Shown: positions 38,135 to 52,346, counted from the stretch's first letter. The stretch is 64,000 bases of DNA from Octopus sinensis (GCF_006345805.1 NC_043015.1:22444001-22508000); one strand, 5' to 3'. The notes: generated by a model not told the origin, from the letters alone. Numbers and translations are program-made.

Positions 38135-38785
38135 ATCATCATCATCATCATCATTCATCGTTTAACGTCCGTTTTCCATGCTAGCATGGGTTTGGACGGT
38201 TCAACCGGGATCTGGGAAGCCAGAAGCTGCCCACCAGGCTCCAGTCTGATCTGGCAGTGTTTCTACAGCTGGATGCCCTTCATAATGCCAACCACTCCGT
38301 GAGTGTAGTGGGTACTTTTTATGTGCCATTGGCACAGGTGCCAGAGGGGTCTGGCATCGGCCACGTTCGGATGGTGCTTTTTATGTGTCACCGGCACAGG
38401 TTTCACAACTACTGTTTCCATTGATATTTGGTTTGATTTCATGTACATGCACTTGACTCAACAGGTCTCCTCAGCACAGTGAGATGTTCCGGGATCCAAG
38501 GTACTTTGAATGGGCAGGGGGTATGCGGAACTGGTGCCGGAAGCATCACGGGTCTTAGTAGTCACAGCACATCTCCAGAGATCTCAGTCCTTCGCCATTG
38601 CCTCAGTGAGGCCAACGCTCTGAGGCCATGCTTGCCTACCTCATCCCATGTCTTCCTGGTCTACCTCTCCCCCTTTTCCTTCAAACTGTTCGGAGTGGCA
38701 CTTCTTCACACATCTCTCCTATCCATCCGCATAGTACATGACCATACCATCGCAAGCGTCGCTCTTGCAACACCGCATCTGATGC
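38135..38785 (-). mobile_element. RTE LINE, 3' portion (continuation of 41916-43552 beyond the nested CR1)
   Basis: Continues LGIR|SIRCGV...RRLRWYGHV, followed by the 3' UTR and (GAT)n tail. Confidence 0.9.
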
Positions 38786-38792
38786 TTCTTAT

Positions 38793-41700
38793 AATAATAA
38801 TAATGAAATTATTGTATACAGTGCTCAGGTGCACCACACTTGTCAGAAGTGCATATAAAGTACATGCAGCAATGTAGAAATGTCTGGAAAGGAACATGCT
38901 GTGTGTGTATGGAGGGGGGAGAAAAATCAAGTGTAGTGTTGGCGAATCTCAGGAAGCATGGAAGTTTTGAAGGATGCAGTGCTCCGACAACTAACAACCG
39001 ATGCCGGCAGTTTGTTCCACGCTTCAGCAACTCTCAGCGTGAAAAAATGTTTCCTGAAGTCATGGGAGCTGTGCTGTTTTCTTACTTTTAAATATTCCAC
39101 GGGTGTTAGATGGGTGGAGTTTGAAGAGGTGCTCAGAGTTATTGTTTGTGCGATGGTTGATAATTTTATGGGGCTGCCAAGTCAGCTGCCAGACGTCGGA
39201 GTTTTAATGTGTCCATGCCCAGGGAAGTAAGGCGTTCAGGATATGGCAAATGCCTGATGGAGGGTATTCTTTTGGTTGCACGTCGCTGAACAGCTTCTAG
39301 ACGATTGATGTCTGGGCAAGATAAGGGTTCCAGACCGGTGATGCAAATTCCAGTGAGGTCTTACCATAGCTATATAAAGCCGCAGATAGATAGCCGGAGA
39401 GCGGCTCACAAAGGATTTGGTGAGTGATGCAAAGACACCCTCAGCCTTCTTGACAATTTTAGCGATGTGTTTTGTCAACAGCAAATCACTGTCGACAATA
39501 ACACCGGTCACGTTCACTTGAAGACTTTTTGAGAATAGTGTGTGGAGGGAGTAGGTGGACGCGGGTTTCTCCTCCCAAAATGCATGGTGGACATTTGTCC
39601 ACAGCCAGCTTCAGTTGCCAGTCCATGATCCATGCTGCATTGTGTCCAGGTCTGCTTGCAATAGAGATCCACAGTGTACAGGATTTGACCTCTTTATTTG
39701 GAGGTACAGCTTGATGTCATCTGCATATTTCAGCACTGTGGCATTCTTTAAGTTGGCATCTATGTCATTAACATATGCAACAAATAAAAGAGGCCCAAGA
39801 AACAGATCCCTGCGGCACACCAGATGTCATCTCATAGGGCGAAGAGTGCTGTCTTAGAACTGTGACAACCTCTTTTCGGCCGAAAATAAAGGACTTTAAC
39901 CAGTTATAGTTATAGAGTTCGTCTCTTACACCCAACGCAGAAAGCTTCACCATAAGTCTTTTGTGTGGCACAGAGTTAAAAGCCTTAGCAAAGTCCAGGT
40001 AAACAACACACCCAGGATCCGCGATCAGTGATTTGGGTAACGTTCTCAAGAAACTCGATGAGTTGATTACAGCAGTGGAGTTAGGAATAAATCCGAATTG
40101 GACGGCTGGCTGAGGCTGTGAGACCTCCAGAAGTTCCAGAGGGTTTCTCTGATACAGGATTCCATCAGTTTGGCGATGCAGCTAGTAAGACTGACGGGGG
40201 CGATAGTTGACAGGCGATGTGCGGTCGCCTTTTTTTAACAGAGGGATGACACTGGCAGTTTTCCACTGTTCTGGAGTAAAGTAACACCATTGTCGAGACA
40301 GAATTGGAAGAATAGAGAAAGTTGGCATAGAAGAAAGTACCCACTGCGTTTGAGAAGTAGGTATGTAACACCCATTGGACCAGGAGAGGCATAATTGCGT
40401 TTATTCTTTAGGTGGCGTTGCAGCATTGCTGGTGTAAATTGCATAGAAGATATAGAGTCCGATGTCAGTGGTGATGATGATGGAACATTTTGGTCTTCGA
40501 CAGTAAAGATGCCGGCATAGCATCCAGCAATGATTTCTGCACATTCTTCGGGATTGCCAGTAATCTGTCCTGTGTGGGGATTGCGAAGAGGACCAACAGG
40601 AGAGTGGGGTCTCTGCTTTGAGTGCACATACTTCCAGAACCCTTTGCTGTCAGGATTAGCTGCAATGCGTTGTTCAAATTCAAGCACTGCCTTTTTTGTC
40701 ACCTGCTTGAGGTGGTTGGCTGACCTATTGCGCTTTTTCCCGTTGCTCTCTGATTTATGCAATTTGTATTCCCGTTCAGCATTACGGCGTTCTTTCCTGG
40801 CAAGTCGGACTGCAGTCTCTCAAATTGCACTATTGGGTGGTTTTTTGTGCTTGCGTGGTACTGATGCTGCACATGCTGCCCATATTGAATTCAGAATGTT
40901 CTGGAGTATAGTGTCCACATCTCCAGAGGCATAAAACTCGCGCCAGTTTGGGCGTTGCAGCTCAGTACAATAAGAGCTCCAGTTGCTTTATTCCAGTCAA
41001 AGCGGGCAATCTGAAGATGGTTGTGTTTTTTGTTACAACCAATCAGAGACAAGTCGGCCATGATCATGGAATGATCAGAGTCACCCAAAGGTTCTTCGGT
41101 AGCGACACTAATGATTGTTTCAGGAGAAGCGGTTAGTAGCAGATCCAAAGTGTTGTTACCTCTTGTGGGGGATGTAACAACTTGGGACCAATTCGAATTC
41201 AGCACCAGTTCAAGAAAATCGTCTGCACTTTGCAGCCAACGGAAGGCCTCCCAGTCAATCTCAGGGAAATTGAAGTCCCCCGCAACATACACATATGTGG
41301 CTGTTTTCATGGCAGCCGCCCTGAGGAGATCAAAAAGCTGTGCGTCTTGGCGATAATTTGGAGGACGGTAAATGACTCCGAGCAGAAGTGTTGACATAGT
41401 CATGTGTACATTGCAGAAAAATACCTCCTGCTGAGATTGGTTCAAATCATCACAGGGGATTGCCGAAAGACTTGATCGAACATAAATCATCACACCCCCT
41501 CCACGGCGATTAATGCGGTCTTTGCGGAACAGATTGTAGCCGGATATGCTGAAAACTCCATCACAGAGTGCAGAGTGTGCCCACGTTTCCGTGACTGTGA
41601 TGAAATCTGGGTTGATACTTTTGACGTAGGAGACAAAAAATGCACCTTGTTGCAAAAACTACGGGCATTCAAGGACAGCAGTTTATATCTGGATTTCAGA

Positions 41701-41908
41701 TGATGATATACAGGGGATGGCTGATTGTTCTTGGTTAGTTTCCCCAAGATTTTTGCATTGCCAGTTGTTGTTGTGGGTGTAGTCTGCTCAGTCCAACTGG
41801 CATCCCTTATCCACGACTCACCAGACTTGACGAATGTCAGATCTGCCCATCATCGCGGAGGCTAAAACTCTCCCGTGGCACAGAGTTGCGATTTAGGGAA
41901 GCCACGGA
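38793..41908 (-). mobile_element. CR1-clade LINE with a complete but frameshifted ORF2 (APE endonuclease plus RT), nested in an RTE element
   Basis: LLSLNARS, ITVTETW, RKDRINRRGGGV, GVIYRPP, GDFNFPEIDW, SDHSMI; NYRPVSLT, YLDFAKAF, SGVPQGS, YADD. (ATT)n 3' tail. TSD TTCTTAT at 38786-38792 and 41909-41915. Confidence 0.95.
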
Positions 41909-41915
41909 TTCTTAT

Positions 41916-43552
41916 GCCTAGCATTTCTCTCAGGGTGCTTACACTCTGTCGTGCATTCACACTGACATTACACATCCAGCGGATCATGCTAGCTTCATTT
42001 CTTTCAAGACTACGCATGTCCTCTGCAGTCACGGCCCATGTTTCACTGCCGTGAAGCATGGCAGTTCGCACACATGCATCATACAATCTACCTTTCACTC
42101 TGAGTGAGAGACCTTTGTCGCCAGTAGGGGTAGCAGCTTTCTAAACTTTGCCCAGGCTATTCGTGTTCTAGTGGTGACACTCTCTGAGCATCCACCCCAC
42201 TACTAACTTGGTCACCCAGGTAGCGGAAACTATCAACTACTTCTAGTTTCTCTCCCTGGAGTGTGATGGAATCTGTTTTCTGAGTGTCTGTGGTGTCTAT
42301 TGTCCCTGTGCATCTGCCGCACATGAAAGCTATCTTATCTGTTAATTTCCCTTTAATGTTGCTGCACCTCTTGTGCGTCCATAGCTTACATTGGGTGCAT
42401 CTTATGGAGTTTCTACCTACACCTTTCCTACAGCTCGAGCAGGGCCACCTGCCCGATGGGGTGTGTGCTGAGTTCGCCTTTCTGCATACTATAACTTTGT
42501 TCTTCGCTACATTTACTCTAAGGCCCTTTGATTCCAACCCTTGTTTCCACACCCGAAATTTCTTTTTTAGTGCCGGTAGCGATTCTGCTATGAGGGCCAG
42601 GTCATCAGCATAGAGGAGCTCCCAGGGGCAACCTGTTTTGAATTCCTCTGTTATTGCCTGGATGACTATGATGAATAAAAGGGGACTGAGGGCTGAGCCC
42701 TGGTGTACACCTACTTCTACCCGGAATTCTTCACTATATTCGTTGCCAATCCTAACCTTGCTGACAGCCTCTGTATAGAGCCTGTACAGCCCTTATTAGC
42801 CATTCGTGAATCAACAGTTTCCGCATCGACCACCAGATAAGGGATCCGGGAACCCTGTCAAAGGCTTTCTCCAAGTCCACAAAAGCTATGTAGAGGAGTT
42901 TATCTTTAGCTAGGTATTTCTCCAGCAGTTGTCGGACCAGGAATCTAGCATCAGTGGTGCTTCTACCCGACACAAAACCGAACTGCATCTCATCTAAGCA
43001 AATTCTCTCCCTAATGAGATGGGTTATGACCCTCTCTGTGGCCTTCATCACCTGATCCAACAGTTTAATACCCCTGTAGTAGCATCACCCTTACCCTTGT
43101 AGTAGTTGACTATGGTGCTGCTACGCCAGTCATTGGGTATGACTCCATTATGAACTACCTGGTTAACAATACGGGTGACTAGGCCATAGCCCGCATAACC
43201 AGCTGTTTTAAGCATCTCAGCAGTGATTCATGATGGGCCGGGGCTTTACCTGGTTTCATATCCTTAATTGCCTTAACTACAAGGGAGCTGTCTATTTGGA
43301 TAGCTGGTCCCTCTACTGGGTCAACATTGGCAGGCTCTCCTCCTCTCATTCATTCTCCACATTCAACAGTCTTTCATAATGGCTTCTCCAAGCCTCTTTC
43401 TTTTCCCCAACAATAAAAGCAAGTGCCCATCATCCATGCGGACACATTTCTCCTGTAACATCACTATTTTCTCTGACACACTGTCTAGCAATACGAAATA
43501 CCTCAGTTCTTTGGTCCTCACGTCGCTGGACGTTGGCAAACTTGTTTTCTGC
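41916..43552 (-). mobile_element. RTE-clade LINE, 5'-truncated, degenerate RT region
   Basis: LDQVMKATERVI, MQFGFVSGRSTTDA, FVDLEKAFDRVP, LYADDLALIA, KGRLYDACVRTAMLHGSETW. Homologous to 26580-28100. Confidence 0.93.
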
Positions 43553-43561
43553 TATTGTGTG

Positions 43562-43603
<42 letters not shown>

Positions 43604-43644
43604 TTGTGTGTGTGTGTGTGCGGTGTGTCGTGTGGTGTGTGTGT

Positions 43645-43676
<32 letters not shown>

Positions 43677-43677
<1 letters not shown>

Positions 43678-43790
43678 TGATAGGCAAAATCGACCTCGGC
43701 GGAATTTGAACTCAGAACGTAACGGCAGACGAAATACGGCTACGCATTCGCCCGGTGCTAAACGTTTCTGCCAGCTCTTTGCTTTTTTAA
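43677..43790 (-). mobile_element. SINE family C, head fragment
   Basis: Minus strand GGCAGAAACGTTTAGCACCGGGCG...GAGTTCAAATTCCGCC (B-box-like). Confidence 0.75.
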
Positions 43791-43989
43791 TATTACATTT
43801 CGGCGAAGTTTCGCTTATCGTAGCACAAGTTTTCAGTCGATTTCCGTAAAAAACTTTTATTTTTTTACATAAGTAATGAGAGCGAAAGAGACTAAGAGGA
43901 AGCGATTTTATGACGAGGGAAGTTTGTCTTTGAAGTTACCGTCTAGGGGAAGCATTGAAGTACATGTGTGTGTGTGTGTTTGATGGGGT

Positions 43990-44097
43990 GTGGGAGACAG
44001 TATGTTGTGTAAGTGAAGTGCTTCTGTTAGTGTGTGTGAAGAGACAGAGAGAGTAATGTGTGAAAGAGAGAGATAACTGAAATTTTTTACTCGGTGT
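43990..44097 (+). repeat. Dispersed repeat shared with ~38065-38135
   Basis: TGTGTGTGAAGAGACAGAGAGAGTAATGTGTGAA...GAGATAACTGAAATTTTTTACTCGGTGTAT occurs at both sites. Confidence 0.8.
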
Positions 44098-44369
44098 ATG
44101 TGTATATGTATGTCTGCATGTATGTGTGTGTGTGTATGTATCTATGTATGTATGGCCAATTCATCGTAATTACGATTACGATGAATCGGCTATACATACA
44201 TACACTCACACACATACATACACACACACACATACTTACACATACATACACACACACATACATGCAGACATACAGAATGGAAACATTTTCAATTTAATAC
44301 ATGTGCCTTATTAACTAGTTTTAAATATTGTTATTAAAAGGTGACTGACTTGTTTACATTTAAGATGTT

Positions 44370-44440
44370 AAATACGTCACGAAATTGGTGGTCGAGACGG
44401 AGTAAATAAAATAAAGCCGAATGACGGAATATCATTGGTT
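44370..44440. promoter_or_regulatory. Candidate promoter motif cluster (CRE-like TACGTCAC plus two reverse CCAAT)
   Basis: TACGTCAC 44373-44380; ATTGG 44384-44388 and 44434-44438, in a CpG-retaining patch. Motif evidence only. Confidence 0.25.
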
Positions 44441-44749
44441 AAAATTCTAATTATTAAACAACGTTAAACTTAGAAGTTACAATTCCGTTTTCATTCTGGT
44501 TTACAATTAAGTTTACTTTTGACACATTCTACCAGTATACGAAGTTTCAAATTGTTTGGTTCAGTAGGAAAAATTTGAAAAAACTGGCCTCAAAATAGAA
44601 AAGATCCAGAAATTGGTTATATAGCCATGCTGGAAAGTGTCACCATGTGCCTGTGCAAAATATCATCTTCTTCTTCTACCTTCCCCTCCTCCGCCTCCTC
44701 TTCATCACCATCACCACCACCATCATCGTCATCATCGTACTTTGCCTTT

Positions 44750-44856
44750 CAAACCCTCGAGGTCAAAAAAATAAGTACCAGCTGAGCTATGGCGTTGATG
44801 TGATCGACATTTACACTCCCCTAAGATTGCTGGCCTTATGTCCAAATTTGAAGCCA
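44750..44856 (+). mobile_element. SINE family C, 3' tail fragment
   Basis: AAATAAGTACCAGCTGAGC...GATCGAC...GCTGGCCTTATGTCCAAATTTGAAGCCA. Confidence 0.7.
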
Positions 44857-45887
44857 TCCTCCTCCTCTTCCTCCTCCTCCTCATCATCATCATATTTGTC
44901 ATCATCATCATCATCATCATTGTATTTGCTATTATCGTTATTATCATTATTGTTGCTGCTATTGTTGTTTCTGCTTCATGTCCTGAAGAGACGGATCTGA
45001 ACTTTGTACATAAACAAGATGTTTATTAACAGTAGTTTTTATAGTCTGTGGGTCGTTTCTAGGAATTCGATATACTGGATTACCTAGATTTCAATGTTAC
45101 CAGGGAGTCAGTTAGTAAACTAATCCATTCTGTTCACGTTTAATCCTCAGAGCTCCCATAATCAAAAAGATTAATTTTCCCTTCATAATCCATTGGATTT
45201 TTTCGATCTTCATAACGTATATATATTATCAAAGAAGTGTGTCATAGATATGTATTAATTTTACGAAATGCTGTGTATACATTTTACGAAACTTTTGAAA
45301 AAATTCAAATCAGTTTTACTTTCTGTGACTGTATTTGAACTTTTGTATAGAGGAATTAAGAGCTGTTTCTGCTATAATTTCTATTGGTTAGGGGAGAGAA
45401 CTCATTCAATTTGCAAAGGTTGAGGGGCTGTAATAGTCCTCAAAATTGTAACTGAAAGAGACCCTGACTGATATTGTGGTTTTAAATATCGAGGAAATAA
45501 ATATGTGCTTATGTGCTTACTCTTTTAAGAAGGAAGTGAGTCGAGTAGTAGAGTTGCCCAACAATATATGTGATGGCAGAATGCAGGTGTTAGCGACTTA
45601 GGCAATGGTCAAAGTGTCTAGTCTCGATTCGTCGTCATATTTTCGACAGTTTGCGACTACCATGGAAGAACAAAGTAATATATGCTATGGTAAATTTTAT
45701 GTAAAAAAGTAAAGCAGTCCATGAAGATTCCATGCAACTGCCAGCCATTATGGAGGTGCAATTCACCAAAGATGTTGATGGAAAAACGATACGACTGGTG
45801 GTAGAAAATCAAGTTTTGTTTTTGCTACATCTGCTTAAAATTTTGGTTTTGCTATTACTGAATAGCCAGAGAAGGTAGAATAATGGA

Positions 45888-45912
45888 GATAGATAGATAG
45901 ATAGATAGATAT

Positions 45913-45990
<78 letters not shown>

Positions 45991-46032
45991 GGATAGATAG
46001 ATGGATAGATGGATAGATAGATGGATAGATAG

Positions 46033-46082
<50 letters not shown>
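45888..46082. repeat. (GATA)n/(GATG)n/(GA)n microsatellite
   Basis: Direct reading. Confidence 0.98.
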
Positions 46083-46087
<5 letters not shown>

Positions 46088-46814
46088 GAAAAAGAAGAGA
46101 AAGAGTCTGAAGGCTTGCAACAACACCGAGGTCAAGAGATATTTCGTCATCTAAAATAGCAAATGTCACAACTCCGAGAATTACCAAAACTTCTCGCCCC
46201 GTCCTCCACAGTGCTAGCATCTGCTGATAAACTCGACGGCAAAGAAGAAACTTATTTCAGCCAGCAGCTCTACGTAATCCGCTTCCGGTGATGATAGGTA
46301 AATGGAAGCTCTAAATGTAAGCGGACAGATATGAGGGGGAAGAGAAACAACAAAAAGGAAGGCATGAAGAGGAACTGGAAGAAAATTATATGAACAGGGA
46401 GAACCCGAAGTGGTAAGTATGTCAGAATTATTGTCCAAACAAGCAGTTAATTTCTCAACGATGTGTATTTGGGATTTACTCCCTATATATTTTATATTTC
46501 AACTTCATATTTGGCGTGCCAAATTTTCGACGTTGAAGCAGATTTTAGTGTATCTCAGGAAGGTCACTATGCCAACAATAAACACAAGCACTGGCTTTTT
46601 TTCGCAATTTTTTATACCAGTATTAATAAACTAATGACCAGCTAAGTCATCAGTTGTTCGATTACGCATTAGGATAAACGATCAGTCATCTAGATTCACC
46701 ACAACCCTGTCACCGCCAATTGTGACCACTTTCTACACTACGTTTTTCTGCGTTCTATCATTCTTGGAAAATTGTTGATACGATTCTGCTCCGGTTCCCT
46801 TTTCCCAAACTCAC

Positions 46815-47044
46815 TCAAAAGGCATTGGTCAAGTAGAAGACTCCGATGCCGCACAATAGGACTGATCCAGAAACAATTTGGATGCCATGAAAATCTTAAC
46901 CACACAAACATGCCTGTGACTAATAAAAGAATTCCAACAATGTTTCCCGTTCTAATGATCAAGCAGTGATCATCGATATATTCAGGATTTGTCCCATTAT
47001 TATAGAATGTCTTCCGACAGTCTGCATTAAGGTCTTTTCCACAG
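46815..47044 (-). CDS. Candidate internal exon (230 nt), possibly encoding one hydrophobic helix; gene unidentified
   Basis: Acceptor CCTTTTTCCCTTCAG and donor GA|GTGAGT. Only one frame is open: CGKDLNADCRKTFYNNGTNPEYIDDHCLIIRTGNIVGILLLVTGMFVWLRFSWHPNCFWISPIVRHRSLLLDQCLL. Confidence 0.3.
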
Positions 47045-47460
47045 CTGAAGGGAAAAAGGTTTCTAGAATACAAAGCATCGTCATATTAACTTCGAGAAAA
47101 GGGTGTAAATTTAGTTGATATTTACGAAGTGATGGGCAGGGATGGTGTAATGCATTTTATTACCGTAATATTTCTAATGAGATGATCGAAATGTAATGAA
47201 ATATGTGGATAGTCCTACACTTGCACATACCTACAAACATATATATATATATATATACATACATAAAGACAAACACTGACATACACACACACACAGACAC
47301 ATGCACACACACATGCATGCATATACAATACAGCGGAATCATTTAAATCGGTTTAAAACTTTTTACAAATCTAGTTTCAAATGAAAAATGTAATAAACAT
47401 TTTATCAGGTATTAAAAAATGTTATTGAATAAAAAGTGTTGAAACTAAAATAACGCGCCC

Positions 47461-47538
<78 letters not shown>

Positions 47539-47787
47539 TTATATACTTACATGGCCGTTTTTAAGTTTGACATATTAAATATATTATATATCAGCACCAT
47601 GATGGATGAGCATCGTTTATTAGAAAAAAAAATTAATGGCTATAAATATATGGACAAAAATATTCAAGAAACGCATACGCGCGCTCACATACACACACTC
47701 TCGCTCACAGATATATTTAACTATCTGTTTATCTGTACGTATGTATGCATGTCTATATGTGTGTGTGAGTGTGTGCGGATACATACA

Positions 47788-47827
<40 letters not shown>

Positions 47828-50659
47828 TGTATATACACACACATATATTTCGCACTTATCTCTCATATACTTAAATATTTGTGACAGAGCAGCTGAGATG
47901 AAAATTACTCGATTCCCTCGAGAGAAGCATTTCCTTCTTTAATTACAAGCATCAAGGCCATGATTATGGTGGACACTACGCTTGTAGTCTACTTCGAACA
48001 CATATTAATCATTTTGGAAGATAACTCCTATATAGATGCCATATATATAACTTTCATAATGATTTTCAACGACATCTTCGACGGATGCTTATCGTTAAAA
48101 TGATGCAGATCATGAATCTATGACTATTGCACTTTATTAAGTATTACTTAAATATACTTCGATATACTGTGACCTTCGGCATCTATGGAAGCTTAGAAAG
48201 GTCATCGTCAGTGTCTATCTAGATACTGTGTTTCGGTTACAATTGTTTTAATGAGATCAGATTTTCCCCATTCACAGGAAAATAAAATTATTTACAGAAA
48301 ATTTTAAATTTCAAAAACGCATCGTTACATTAGAGGACCTTATAGAAATAAAATCTGTTCTAAATGGTGTAGAAGAATGTGAGAAAAATATCTTGTTAAA
48401 TACGGAAAAGGGGAAGTCATAGATTTAAAAATATAATAAAAATAGGAGAAATTATTGATAAAGATTTCCGTTGCCTTGCCTGTGAATATGGTTCAATAAT
48501 CTATGGTATAGTCCAAACTTTCTTGTCAAGAGAACAAGATGCTATCTTTCATCTTTCCAGTAACTTTGTACCACGGCAAATATGCCCAGTATGTTCTCAA
48601 AACATTATAAGAATTAAAGCAAATGAGAAGAAATTTCCGAAAATCTAATAAAATGAATTGCATGGCAGCCCTTCATTATTAGTACTGCCTCAATACATGC
48701 TTACCAACGCCGCCGTGTTCCATGCTGCATTTCCAAAATGGGGCAAATAGAAAACGCATTAACGTTACTCAAAAGATGTTTCGTGTCAGTTTTAAAAATC
48801 AATACGTTTAAGAAAAATACCTTAAACTGTCTATTCAATTTAGGAACATAGTATACATAGGTTATCACTATTGTGCTATAACTTCTCGATAAATTAAATT
48901 TTAAACTAGTTTTGAATTATTACAGTTTAATAAGAAAATGAAATTAATTTTGGACGTTTGTTCTACCAATTAGGAAAGCATAAGCTTTTCTGCAAACATG
49001 AGTACAAATATGCTTGAGAATTGTATTTGTGTGTTATCTGCCTTTCACAGTCCAACTTGTGAACTTAGTAGAAATGAAGAATACTTTATCTTTTGCTAAA
49101 TGAGTGAGAAAAAAATACGCTACATGTGATCCTGGAACGATAAGTCTCCATCACTATCTCATAGTATATTTGATGCCTCACCCTTTTAAGTTAACAAAAT
49201 GTGACTTTATCAAATCCATTGTAGCTTTGACTTAAATAGTGATCATTTCAAGCGTCAAGTCAAATGAGTTTAACCTGGCAGGGAAATAAAGATCCAAGAT
49301 GTACTATGTACCCAACATTAACTACTCATAAAATAGTCATAACTAGCCAATAAATAGTCGTAAGTTTAAACAAATGTGACCTTTGTTAAACTAACAATAA
49401 TATATACTATAAGCTTTCAATAAAAATGCTGTGATAGATACAGTACACTGATGGTACTTGAAATATATTTAAACGGCTCTCAAAGTAGCAGTCTTCTGCT
49501 ATATTCAATATGGCTCTGCAATAAGAAGCTGGAATGGAGGTTGTACTGTGTATCTTGCCTTCGATTTTGCATATGCACACGTCGTCAAGGATCTGAACAC
49601 CTGACATGTGATTGCAAATGCTTGCCTGAGATACACGGAGAACGACAAACAATTGAACTCTAGGGTAATGCCGCCTAAGTCCTGTAATATCTTGTCCGAA
49701 GCCATTGTAGGACTTAGGTGATATTACACCCCAAAGAGAATATGTAGTCATATGACTAACATTATTTTATTATTTTGATCCCAAAAGAACCAAATGTTAT
49801 ACATAATAGTCATGCATCGCTTTAGGATAAATTAAAAATTTTTAAATTCTCTAAAAATATGAAGTTGCCGCTCTCTGGAGTACAGAGTTGTGTACAGTTT
49901 GCGAGAGAATTTTAACAATTTGGAGATAGTAAACATTTATCAGACAGTAAAAGTGCAACTGATGAGAATGAATTGAAATCATATTCCAAACTTGCAATAA
50001 TTATCGAGCGAGCAACACAACTGAGAATATATTACGATTTCAAAATGTTGCCTTCTGTCTTAGATATTCATCTTAAGGATTTGTGTACGGTTTACTATAA
50101 ATCTAATCAACCATAACGTTTTGCATGTAATCTTCATCGAGTTAACCAGACGAAAAACATTTTATATAATGGAACAGCTGCTTATTATAAATGTATTTTT
50201 TATTCCTATTTATTTGGTCTAAGGCCAATGGATGACATATATTCTGACGTAGTTTCTTACATAACATTCATAACTCAAACCCTAACGTTCGTCCTAGAGT
50301 CGACCTGCTAACGTAATTGATAGTCATATTAAGTTTCCGACAACTTCTTCCCATACTCTTTACACTCAACACGAACTTTTCACTACCAAAACTAAAAAAG
50401 AAACTATCTAAAACATTATACTCCAAACATTAATAGTGGCAACATCTTGAACAGAACCTCATGGAAAGGATGCAAACGAAAGCAACATTGCAAGATATCC
50501 AAGCAGCAGAAACGTATGCCGGAGAGAGGTCTGAATTAAATATACTGCATAAATGGCTGTAATAATAAAACATTGTTGACGTACAATTAACTTTTTTTTA
50601 GTTGAATTGTCTTATATATATGTGCATGTATGTTTCTGTGCGTAGGTGTCAGCGTGTTT

Positions 50660-50752
<93 letters not shown>

Positions 50753-51108
50753 TATATATATACATGTATATATATACATATATATATGTATACATTCATA
50801 TATATATATATATATATATATACATATCATACTTCTAATATTTTTCTTTATTATAACATTGTATTGTATTATATATTATTGTGTATATACATGTGTGTTT
50901 ATGTGTGTGTTTTATATCCAGGGTTGAGAGAATAATGTATAGGTTGCTTGTCTATACGTCTGTGTGAACTGGATGTTATCATTTTTCGATATAATTAAAT
51001 ATACTATCTACTATGCTTATCTGACTTCTAACGTGCGTAGGTGTATGCATATGCAAATGTGTATGCGCGTGATTATATATATATATGTGTGTGTATGTAT
51101 GAAGATGA

Positions 51109-51164
<56 letters not shown>

Positions 51165-51499
51165 ACATGCATTCATGCATACATATAATATATAATATAT
51201 AATACTTATATATATATATATATGTACGTATGTATGCAAGTATGTATGTATATCAACAAATACACTGAAGCATATATGCATAGAGACACCCACTTTTATA
51301 ATATGAGGCAGATACAGACACGGGGAAGCGAGGTAGAGAGGGCAAGAGCTCCATTATATATGTGGATATGCAGGATAGATGTTTCTCTGTATGCACGAAT
51401 AAGCTTATGTAAGCGTATTATTAATTTTTATTGAGTTCCAGTTTTAATTAAATCAGTCATAGTCATTCGTTAACTTATGTATATATGTATGTATGCGCG

Positions 51500-51559
<60 letters not shown>

Positions 51560-52217
51560 GTGTGTGTGTGTGTGTGTGTTTATTGACGTGTATACGTAAG
51601 CACTTTTCCATGTGTGCATCTCTTTCGCTACAAATGATATACGTATATGTTTATATGAATGTATCTACGTTCTTGTGCAATGCACGTCGATATAATAAGT
51701 GTATGCCTATATTTACAGCCCGGTAATTTACTAGAGTGGCTGGAACGAGACATCGAAAAATAAACTAATAAATATGTCAATAAATAAATGAAATGAACGA
51801 AAAATCAAATATATTAATAAAACACTGAAGTAAATTTCCTGTATATCAACTTCTTTTCGTGGCAATTTTAGAAATTAAAATTGTCTGTCTACGAGAACTT
51901 TGAGTTCGAAGTATAAACAAAGGATTTATTTAACTTCCTAGAAGAATACAATTTTGTAATAACACAAGTCAAGTTGTTTCTCTTTTACTGGATTGCTAAA
52001 TTTATAATATAGTGTTATATACAAACATACACATACACACATATACATATATATGTGTGTATATGTATGGATGCATGTGTATATATATGTACACAGACAC
52101 ATATATATAATGTACATATGTACATGTATGCAATTATATACAAATCTGTGTTGAAATTACTCTGTTGGAATATTATTTGGTATTGAAATCTATACATCGG
52201 TTTGACAGATGGAGTCT

Positions 52218-52346
<129 letters not shown>

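Noticed and set aside
46321-46417. Plus-strand acidic exon (DRYEGEEKQQKGRHEEELEE) with a GTAAGT donor
   Set aside because: In-frame stops lie immediately upstream and there is no acceptor; the purine run is better read as a minus-strand polypyrimidine tract.
49407-49751. 114-aa ORF and overlapping frames
   Set aside because: No recognisable motif or convincing splice signals.
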